From positions 1 through 39,434 of the forward strand of contig JANQER010000241.1 of the NCBI GenBank assembly GCA_028278255.1: DNA of 39,434 bases, read 5' to 3'. The stretch is from Elusimicrobiota bacterium. GTDB taxonomy: Bacteria; Elusimicrobiota; Elusimicrobia; FEN-1173. Below the pieces are notes generated by a model. That model saw nothing but the letters and a program-made list of their open reading frames with translations. It was not told where the DNA came from and did not search any database. A program made the translations under genes and the position numbers. Shown piece by piece: positions 29,671 through 37,063 of the stretch. Position 1 is the stretch's first letter. Each line of letters starts with the position of its first letter.

Positions 29671-29795
29671 TTTTAGATTTGCGGTTTTTGATTGAAAAAC
29701 GCGAAAACATTCCGTTGCGCTGTAGGGAACGGTCGCGACCGTTCCCTACAACAAATATTTTTCAATCAAAAATCGCAAATCTAAAATCAAAAATA
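29671..29795. repeat. nested palindromic element (outer GATTTTT-family arms, inner perfect 28-bp palindrome)
   Basis: The outer arms TTTAGATTTGCGGTTTTTGATTGAAAAA and TTTTTCAATCAAAAATCGCAAATCTAAA are near-perfect reverse complements. The centre GTAGGGAACGGTCGCGACCGTTCCCTAC (29722-29749) is a perfect palindrome. The element lies between the AI-2E gene stop and the trmH-like start. Confidence 0.85.
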
Positions 29796-29812
29796 TTCAT
29801 AAAGGACCCTTT

Positions 29813-30640
29813 ATGACACAAACATTGCCTTTCATCACAACGCGGCGGCATCATTCGATCAAATACCTGAAAGACATACGGGACGGGATCGACAAACGTT
29901 TCGTTTTCTGCGAAGGACTCAAACCTGCGCATGAGCTGACAAAATCCTCATGGAAAATCATTGAATACTTTGCCACCAAAGCATTACACAGAAGTGAAAA
30001 AGGCTCTGCCTTACTCCGGCTGCCGCAATTTTCCGGCGTAACCGGCACATTGCTCAGCGAAGATGTCATGTCTTTTGTGTCTGACCTGACAGCCCCGCCC
30101 GGTCTGATTGTTATTGCGGAACGGCCTTCTGTCACGTTTCCCACCTTTATGAAAGAGGAACTGGCGCACAATCACACTCCATTGTTTGTGGTATTGGGGG
30201 GATTGCAGCTTCCCAACAATTCCGGGGCTGTCATGCGCGTGGCTGAAGCCGCCGGCGTTAATGCAGTTTTTCACTGCCATGGAGGAATTGACCCACTGGG
30301 GCCTAAATCCTTACGCGCCTCAGCCGGCAGTGTTTTCCGGATACCATTGTTCACAGGGTATTCATTCGGTGATTGGATCAAAAAACTTATTGAAAAAAAT
30401 ATTGCATGCGTGGCAGCTGACCCGCATGGAGACACATCGTATATGGATTGGGATTGGACAAAAGGCACAGCCCTTTTATTGGGCTCTGAAGGGCAAGGGA
30501 TCAAAAAACTCATCAAAAACGTCAGAAACCACATTCACACCGTGCGGGTCCCCATGAAAAAACCCGTGCAATCTCTGAATGTCTCAGTCACAGCCGGCAT
30601 TCTGCTCTATGAAGCCCAAAGACAGAGGGCAAAGAAGTAA
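29813..30640 (+). CDS. TrmH/SpoU-family RNA 2'-O-methyltransferase
   Basis: 275 aa with SPOUT motifs NSGAVMRVAEAAGV, LLLGSEGQGI and IPM..PVQSLNVSVTAGILLYE. Confidence 0.82.
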   Translation: MTQTLPFITTRRHHSIKYLKDIRDGIDKRFVFCEGLKPAHELTKSSWKIIEYFATKALHRSEKGSALLRLPQFSGVTGTLLSEDVMSFVSDLTAPPGLIVIAERPSVTFPTFMKEELAHNHTPLFVVLGGLQLPNNSGAVMRVAEAAGVNAVFHCHGGIDPLGPKSLRASAGSVFRIPLFTGYSFGDWIKKLIEKNIACVAADPHGDTSYMDWDWTKGTALLLGSEGQGIKKLIKNVRNHIHTVRVPMKKPVQSLNVSVTAGILLYEAQRQRAKK

Positions 30641-30698
30641 AAGAGTGACCGGTCATCGGTCAAAACAAAAAACATTCCTGCTTTTGATAAACAACTGA

Positions 30699-31481
30699 TT
30701 ATTGGTTACTTTTTTTAGTATTCGCGTATCTTTGCATCAAATCACGTTCCTGGCGGGTCAGGCTGTCAGCGCCTTTTTGAAGAACTTTGTCCAAAATCCG
30801 GTCCACTTCCTGGCTTAAATCATGAAACTGCACTTGATGTTTCCGTCTTTCTTTTTCTGCCCATTTGGACAACAATTTATTCAAAAGTCCCCTGATATGA
30901 AAATCCCCCCATTTCAAATAAAGAAAACCCGTGAGCATACCGCCCAAATGCGCCAAATTGGCAATGCCGGTTCTGGCGCCTGAATAAGCAAAAGCCATTT
31001 CCATGACAGCGAACAAAATAATGGCATATCGTGCGCGCATGGGAAACAGGAAAAACACATAAATAATATCATAGGGAAAAATAAGGCCATAGGCTGTGAT
31101 CACGCCCAAAATCGCAGCAGAAGCGCCCACAATAGGCGTAAAATCATTCGGGCTCAACAACACATTGAAAACAGCCCCGCCCACCCCGCACAAAATATAA
31201 AACCTTAAAAACGCAGAAGACCGCATGACCCGCTCAATGCTTTGCCCGAAAAACCACAAAATATACATATTGAAAAGCAAATGCAAAAGATTCCCGTGCA
31301 AAAACATATACGAAAAAATCTGCCAGGCCCAAAACTCCCGGACAACCTTGGCCGGGGTCAGCCCAAAATACATAATCATGCCACTGCCCATGATCATCTG
31401 CAGCACAAATACCGCCACATTCACCAAAATCAATCTCCGCACCACCGGCGGCAATAAATTAAAAGCATTTGGATAGCTCAT
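30699..31481 (-). CDS. rhomboid-family intramembrane serine protease
   Basis: 260 aa with WQIFSYMFLHGNLLHLLFNM, a catalytic Ser in GASAAILGV and a catalytic His in AHLGGMLTG. Confidence 0.85.
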   Translation of the reverse strand: MSYPNAFNLLPPVVRRLILVNVAVFVLQMIMGSGMIMYFGLTPAKVVREFWAWQIFSYMFLHGNLLHLLFNMYILWFFGQSIERVMRSSAFLRFYILCGVGGAVFNVLLSPNDFTPIVGASAAILGVITAYGLIFPYDIIYVFFLFPMRARYAIILFAVMEMAFAYSGARTGIANLAHLGGMLTGFLYLKWGDFHIRGLLNKLLSKWAEKERRKHQVQFHDLSQEVDRILDKVLQKGADSLTRQERDLMQRYANTKKSNQ

Positions 31482-31528
31482 GTTAATAAATTTTCAATTT
31501 TAGATTTTCGATTTTACAAAGAATTCCA

Positions 31529-31599
31529 CAGCCAAAGGCTGCCAATTTCGTGCCTGAAGGGCACTAATTTCGTCCGCTGCCTTTGGGCGGACTAATTTC
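31529..31599 (-). repeat. REP/BIME-like hairpin array (same family as 5621-5720), overlapping the polA 3' end
   Basis: The plus strand reads CAGCC-AAA-GGCTG CCAATTTCG TGCC-TGAAG-GGCA CTAATTTCG TCCGC-TGCCTTTGG-GCGGA CTAATTTC. This is CGAAATT(G/A)G-spaced hairpins on the reverse strand. Confidence 0.8.
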
Positions 31600-34293
31600 A
31601 AAGTCATTTAACTTCTCCATTTCCGCCCAATTCTTTCCTGTTTTTAAATCCACCGCCACAGGCACATCCAGCGTCAAAGCCTTTTCCATTTTCTCCCGGA
31701 TCAATGGCGCCGCTTTTTCAAGTTCTTTTTCAGGCACTTCAAACAAAAGATCATCATGCACTTGCAAAAGCATGCGTGTGGACCATTTCTTGGTCTGAAT
31801 CATTTGAGCCACATCCCGCATGGCCACTTTAATGATATCAGCGCTGGTCCCCTGGATAGGCGTGTTCATGGCGGTTCTTTCTGAAAAACCCCGCACCGCT
31901 TTATTGGACGACTGTATATCAGGCAAATAACGAATCCGGTTCAACAGTGTGGTCACATAACCATCCTGCCTGGCCTTGTCCAAAGTGGCCTGAACCCATT
32001 TTTGAATCCCGGCATACCGAAGAAAATACTTATCAATATAATCCTGCGCCTGCGCCATGGGAATGCCCAGCTGCTGGGACAACCCAAAAGACGTTTGGCC
32101 GTACACAATGCCAAAATTCACGGATTTGGCCACGCGGCGCTGTTCCTCATCCACATTTTGTGACGGGGCAAGATCAAAAATCTCGCGCGCTGTGGCAGAA
32201 TGCACATCCTCTCCGCGGTGAAATGCTTGTCCAAGGGCCGGGTCCTTGGACACATGCGCCAAAACGCGCAAATCAATCTGAGAATAATCCGCTGACAAAA
32301 ATACAAAACCTTTTGCCGGCACAAAAGATTTTCTGATCAGCCGGCCGTGTTCCGAACGGATCGGAATGTTTTGAAGATTGGGATCACTGCTGGACAAACG
32401 GCCGGTGGCTGTGATGGCCTGGTTAAAGCTGCTGTGCACCCGGCCGGTGTCTTCCTGCGTTTGCATCAAAAGAGCATCAATATAGGTGGACTTTAATTTT
32501 GACAGTTCCCTGTATTCCAGCAGTTTGGCAGGCAAAGGGTGCTGTTTGGACAGCTGGCGCAAAACTTCTTCATCCGTTGAAAATCCTGTTTTTGTTTTGC
32601 GAATCACCGGCAGTTTCATCTCTTCGAAAAGCAAAACCGACAATTGCTTGGGAGAATTCAAATTCAATGCATGCCCGGCCATTTTAAACATCTCATTTTC
32701 CAAAGCCGCTATATCCTGTTTGAATGTCTGCTGAAGCCCCCGAAGATAGTTCAAATCAATCTGAATCCCGGTTTTTTCCATGTCAGCCAAAATTGTCAAA
32801 AGAGGCATTTCCACATCAAAAAACAAGGCATCCAGTTTTTTCTCTTTCAGCTGCGGGAGCATCTGCTTCTTTAACCGCAGAACCACCTCTGCATCAGCGC
32901 CTGCGTATTGCGCGGCTTTGGATACATCCACCTGATCCATGGTGATTTGCTTGGCCCCTTTGCCAAGCAGCTCGTCAATGGCTGTCATGGATTCACCCAA
33001 AAGATCCAATGACAACTGCTTTAAGCTGTGAGAAAAACGGGAAGGGTTCAAACAATATGACGCCAAAAGCGTGTCAAAACAAATCCCTCTTAACAACAAT
33101 CCATTCTGTTGAAGCACAAGGAAATCATATTTTAAGTTTTGACCGGTCTTGGGCAATTGATCATCTTCTAGAAACGGACCGACAACCTGCTTCACTTTTG
33201 ACAAAGACAATTGATTGGGACACCCCAGATAAGAATGCTTCAAAGGAATATACCAAGCCGCTCTTGACTGAACCGCTAAAGAAATTCCCACCAAATCACA
33301 GGACAAGGGGTCTGTGCCTGTTGTCTCCACATCCACAGACAATTCCTCGGCGCCGGATAATTCTTTTTTCAAATCATTCAAATCCTGTTCAGACAAAACA
33401 ACGCGCACCTGACAAGAGGCATTGGCGCTGGCAGGCGCTGCAGAAAACATCTCTTTTAACAGTGAAACGAACTCAAACCGCTTGAACATCCCTGTGAGTT
33501 TTTTCACATCCGGAGGCTTAACAGAACAATCCAAAGCTGAAAACCCCACAGGCGCGTGCCGGTCCAGAATCACCAAATCACGGCTCATCATGGCCTGGTC
33601 TTTATGTTTTTCTAATTTTTCGCGGATTGCCGGCTTCAAATCATCTAAGTGCGTATACGCGCCATCCAATGACCCGCATTGATGCAAAACCTGAACAGCT
33701 GTTTTTTCCCCAATACCCGGTACACCCGGCACATTATCACTCGCGTCTCCGGTCAGCGCAAAAAAATCAATCATTTGATCAGGCCTGAGTTTATATTTCT
33801 TTTCCACCTCAGCGCAAGTATACTGAATGCCCTTATGTTCATTCAAAACAGTGATTTGTTCATTCACCAATTGAAAAGTGTCTTTATCCCCGCTCACAAT
33901 CACCACTGTCAACCCATTGTCAGCCCCCTCATGCGCCAAAGTGGCGATCAAATCATCTGCCTCATAGCCCTCCTTGGCTGCCACAGGAAAACCCCAGGCC
34001 GCTGCCAATTCTTTGCACAGCGGCAGCTGAAATTTTAACTCATCATCAATCTCTTTGCGATGGGCCTTGTAAGCCTCAAAAGCCTTGTGACGAAAAGTCG
34101 GCGCAGGCGTGTCAAAACACACCGCCATGTAATCCGGCTTTTCCTGTCTCATCATTTTGAGAAGCATTTTCGCAAACCCAAATATGGCATGCACGGGTTC
34201 GCCATGGGAATTACTCAAAGGCGGGAAGGCATGATACGCCCGATGAATATAAGCGTTGCCGTCGATAAGATAAAGGGATTTTTTGTAAGACAT
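31564..34293 (-). CDS. polA: DNA polymerase I
   Basis: 909 aa.
- 5' nuclease N-terminus: LYLIDGNAYIHRAYHA, GDASDNVPGVPGIGEKTA
- 3'-5' exonuclease region: LSVDVETT
- polymerase motifs: DYSQIDLRVLAH, RRVAKSVNFGIVYG, LQVHDDLLFE
The last 11 codons (EISPPKGSGRN) are encoded by the hairpin array. Confidence 0.95.
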   Translation of the reverse strand: MSYKKSLYLIDGNAYIHRAYHAFPPLSNSHGEPVHAIFGFAKMLLKMMRQEKPDYMAVCFDTPAPTFRHKAFEAYKAHRKEIDDELKFQLPLCKELAAAWGFPVAAKEGYEADDLIATLAHEGADNGLTVVIVSGDKDTFQLVNEQITVLNEHKGIQYTCAEVEKKYKLRPDQMIDFFALTGDASDNVPGVPGIGEKTAVQVLHQCGSLDGAYTHLDDLKPAIREKLEKHKDQAMMSRDLVILDRHAPVGFSALDCSVKPPDVKKLTGMFKRFEFVSLLKEMFSAAPASANASCQVRVVLSEQDLNDLKKELSGAEELSVDVETTGTDPLSCDLVGISLAVQSRAAWYIPLKHSYLGCPNQLSLSKVKQVVGPFLEDDQLPKTGQNLKYDFLVLQQNGLLLRGICFDTLLASYCLNPSRFSHSLKQLSLDLLGESMTAIDELLGKGAKQITMDQVDVSKAAQYAGADAEVVLRLKKQMLPQLKEKKLDALFFDVEMPLLTILADMEKTGIQIDLNYLRGLQQTFKQDIAALENEMFKMAGHALNLNSPKQLSVLLFEEMKLPVIRKTKTGFSTDEEVLRQLSKQHPLPAKLLEYRELSKLKSTYIDALLMQTQEDTGRVHSSFNQAITATGRLSSSDPNLQNIPIRSEHGRLIRKSFVPAKGFVFLSADYSQIDLRVLAHVSKDPALGQAFHRGEDVHSATAREIFDLAPSQNVDEEQRRVAKSVNFGIVYGQTSFGLSQQLGIPMAQAQDYIDKYFLRYAGIQKWVQATLDKARQDGYVTTLLNRIRYLPDIQSSNKAVRGFSERTAMNTPIQGTSADIIKVAMRDVAQMIQTKKWSTRMLLQVHDDLLFEVPEKELEKAAPLIREKMEKALTLDVPVAVDLKTGKNWAEMEKLNDFEISPPKGSGRN

Positions 34294-34398
34294 AAAAATA
34301 GAAATTAGAAATTGGGAAAGACAATCTGGACGTTGACATGGTTTTCAGAGATCATCACAAAAAACTGCTTTTGTCATCCTGAGCAACAGCGGGTCAAT

Positions 34399-34917
34399 TC
34401 ATTCAGTTAATAATCTGCCTATTGTTTTCCGCCATTGACGCTCATAGCTGGCATCAAAACCCACCCATTTCTGCGCAATGCGCCCTTTCTGATCAACAGC
34501 AAAAAAGGTGGGGATACCTCTGACGCCGTATTCTTGGGCTGCGCGGCCGTCTGTTCCCAAAAGAACCATATAAGGAATTTCTTTTTTCTGGGCAAAATCT
34601 GACACAACCGATGGGTTTTGATCCACGCTGATCCCCACCACCTCCACACCAGAAGACTTGTATTCCTCATAAAACTCAATCAAAGCCGGAATAGACATCC
34701 GGCACGGAGGACACCATGTGGCCCAAAAATCCAAAAGCACCACCTTGCCCTTTAAGCTTTCCAAAGACACCATTTGCCCATCCAAAGTCATCAGCTCAAA
34801 CCCTGGCGCGGTCTGACGCGCTGAAGGACTGATCAGGTCAGCTGACTCATTTTTCATCCCGCCACAACCACAAAAAACAGCGGCTGTGATTAACACACAA
34901 AATAATTTCTTTTTCAT
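34399..34917 (-). CDS. TlpA/ResA-like thiol-disulfide oxidoreductase lipoprotein
   Basis: 172 aa. The lipoprotein signal MKKKLFCVLITAAVFCGCGG is followed by a thioredoxin fold with WATWCPPC and GIPTFF. Confidence 0.85.
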   Translation of the reverse strand: MKKKLFCVLITAAVFCGCGGMKNESADLISPSARQTAPGFELMTLDGQMVSLESLKGKVVLLDFWATWCPPCRMSIPALIEFYEEYKSSGVEVVGISVDQNPSVVSDFAQKKEIPYMVLLGTDGRAAQEYGVRGIPTFFAVDQKGRIAQKWVGFDASYERQWRKTIGRLLTE

Positions 34918-34940
34918 TTGATTTCCTTTGCGTCAGATTC

Positions 34941-35258
34941 TTAGATCAGGTTATCCAACTTGTTTTTCAAATCGCGTTTGGTCTGAATCCCCACCAACTG
35001 ATCCACAAGCTCTCCGTTTTTAAACAAAAGAATCGTGGGAATAGATGAAATAGAATAACGGGATGCAATGCCTGGATTGTCATCCACATTGACTTTTCCA
35101 ATCACAGCCTTGCCTTCATACTCCTTGGACAGCTCTTCCACAACAGGGGCCAGCATACGGCAAGGGCCGCACCACGGCGCCCAAAAATCAATAAGTCCTG
35201 GTTTGGACGATTTCAAAACTTGATTCTCGAAATTTTTATCAGTAATCTCCATGCCCAT
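34941..35258 (-). CDS. trxA: thioredoxin
   Basis: WAPWCGPC active site and SIPTILLFKNGE. ATG 35258 lies 9 nt after AAGGAG; the track starts at TTG 35264. Confidence 0.9.
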   Translation of the reverse strand: MGMEITDKNFENQVLKSSKPGLIDFWAPWCGPCRMLAPVVEELSKEYEGKAVIGKVNVDDNPGIASRYSISSIPTILLFKNGELVDQLVGIQTKRDLKNKLDNLI

Positions 35259-35427
35259 AAACAAAATCTCCTTATCACAATAAAATAAAAAGCCCTATAA
35301 GAACAGTTTAACACAAGCAAAAAATGGTGTCAATGTTATTAGTTATTAGTTATTCGTAATTAGTAATTGGTAATTTGTAATCAGTTATATGAGGGGTAGC
35401 GGAGTTTTATAGGTTCTTTTTCGGTTA

Positions 35428-35533
35428 TTTTGTAATTGCCCCATTCATGGGGCGCATCTTAGATGGGTTTTAGTTCTGAAGAGCCCGATAAATCTATCCA
35501 TATCCGGCTTTAGACGGAGAGCAATCACAAAAA
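35428..35533. repeat. MITE-like element (second copy), overlapping the glcF-like stop codon
   Basis: The sequence is TTTTGTAATTGCCCCATTCATGGGGCG ... GAGCCCGATAAATCTATCCATATCCGGCTTTAGACGGAGAGCAATCACAAAAA. Its internal block matches 18876-18915 almost base for base. The last ~13 codons and the stop of the glcF-like gene (35494-35533) lie inside it. Confidence 0.75.
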
Positions 35534-36837
35534 CTCCGCGACCCCTCAGCTATACAAGTTTTTAGGAACTCAGCCAAATGCATGGCTTGGATTTTTGATT
35601 TGGCTCTTTTTAATCCGAATTGCAGCTGCAGCAAACAGGACACGCTGGAAGTCAAAACCACATCAGCGCCAGTGCTCATAATATTTCTGATTTTCCGGTC
35701 CAAAACTGACCGGGAAATCCCTGGCTGCAAAAAACAATAAGTCCCGCCGGCGCCGCAGCATTGATCCGCTTCAGGCAATTCCACATAATCCACACCCGGT
35801 AAATTTTTCAGGATCTCACGAGGCTGGTTCACAATTTTTTGCGCATAACGCGCTTTGCAGGGATCGTGATATGTGACTTTGATGGGGAGATGGGGAGAGG
35901 GGGAGACAGGGAGAAAAAGCCGAGGCACAAGCCACTCGGTTAAATCGCGGCAGCGGGCAGATACGCTCGCTGCTCTTTGCTGCCATTGAGGCTCTTCAGA
36001 AAATAATTCCGGGTAAGACTTCACAGTGGCGGCACACGAAGAATCATCAAAAAGAATCATTGCCTTGGGGAATCCTTCCAAAAGCATGATATTCCTTCTG
36101 GCCAATTCCCTGGCAGCAGACAAATCACCCAAACTCTGCGCCGGCAAGCCACAACACAGATTTGGCGCATATCCAAATGAAATGTCTTGTTTTTGTAAAA
36201 AACAGGCAGCTGCTTTACTGACTTCTGGCTTCAAATAATTCGGCCCGCAGCCCAAGAACTGAACCACATCAGCATCTTCCGGCGCTGGCTTTAAAATAGA
36301 ACGTAAAAATTTCCCGGGCACTTTGCGCACAATCTCCTGTGCCGCGCTCAAATGAGGGCTCACCAAAGACAGCAAACCTGTGTGGTACAAAACCCAGCCC
36401 AATCCCACACGTTTACCCCAATAAAGCGTTTTTAAAAACAACTCAAAAATCCGAGGGCGCGGCAGCAGAAACCGCAAAACAAATTTTAAAACAAAAGGCT
36501 CCCCGCCTGATTCCATGATTTTTTCCCGGCCGGAGCACATCAGCTTGGCTGTGGGGACTTCTGCAAAACAAACAGATGTACAAATCCCGCACAAAAGACA
36601 TGTGTCCAGCATGGGCTTTGCGTCATGGGCATCCATTAAACGCTCTTCTATCAACGCCCGAAAAATCTGATTGCGCCCTCTCGGAGAAAACCCCTCATTC
36701 CCAGTGCCCAAATAAGTCGGGCATTGAGACGTACAAAGCCCGCACCGATTACAATGAAGCAAATCATTGTAAACATCCTTATCGGCTCTCTTGTCCAAAT
36801 CAGGCACACACGTATTGATATAAGGTTTATGGTCCAT
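35494..36837 (-). CDS. glcF: glycolate oxidase-type iron-sulfur subunit (GlcF-like; 2x[4Fe-4S] plus two CCG domains)
   Basis: Ferredoxin motifs CNRCGLCTSQCP and CLLCGICTSVC. CCG motifs CCGLPAQ and CCGAGG. ATG 36837 (track GTG 36843). It lies downstream of the FAD oxidase gene on the same strand. Confidence 0.8.
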   Translation of the reverse strand: MDHKPYINTCVPDLDKRADKDVYNDLLHCNRCGLCTSQCPTYLGTGNEGFSPRGRNQIFRALIEERLMDAHDAKPMLDTCLLCGICTSVCFAEVPTAKLMCSGREKIMESGGEPFVLKFVLRFLLPRPRIFELFLKTLYWGKRVGLGWVLYHTGLLSLVSPHLSAAQEIVRKVPGKFLRSILKPAPEDADVVQFLGCGPNYLKPEVSKAAACFLQKQDISFGYAPNLCCGLPAQSLGDLSAARELARRNIMLLEGFPKAMILFDDSSCAATVKSYPELFSEEPQWQQRAASVSARCRDLTEWLVPRLFLPVSPSPHLPIKVTYHDPCKARYAQKIVNQPREILKNLPGVDYVELPEADQCCGAGGTYCFLQPGISRSVLDRKIRNIMSTGADVVLTSSVSCLLQLQFGLKRAKSKIQAMHLAEFLKTCIAEGSRSFCDCSPSKAGYG

Positions 36838-36866
36838 ACACACTATCTGCCAAGCTGTTTATCTGT

Positions 36867-37030
36867 TTTTGTAATTGCCCTCCGTCTAAAGCCGGATATG
36901 GCTAGATTCATCGGGCGTTTTTGAGTTTTACATCCGCTTTTGTAATTGCCCGATTCATCGGGCGTTTTTGAGCTTTTCATCTGCTTTTGTAATTGCCCGA
37001 TTCATCGGGCGTTTTTGAGCTTTTCATCTG
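36867..37030. repeat. tandem array of three units derived from the MITE-like element (two identical 47-bp units plus one long-form unit)
   Basis: Units 36937-36983 and 36984-37030 are identical: CTTTTGTAATTGCCCGATTCATCGGGCGTTTTTGAGCTTTTCATCTG. The first unit (36867-36936) carries TCCGTCTAAAGCCGGATATGGCTA inserted in the hairpin, which makes it the long form seen at 18876-18915 and 35484-35525. Each unit contains GCCCGA-TTCA-TCGGGC followed by TTTTT on the plus strand. Confidence 0.85.
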
Positions 37031-37063
37031 CTAAAAAAATAACTCTGCCTCCTGAAAAAACAA

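Noticed and set aside
36867-37030. Possible CRISPR array, because of regularly repeated ~47-bp units
   Set aside because: The units abut directly with no unique spacers. There are only three copies, they derive from a dispersed MITE-like element, and no cas genes are in the window.
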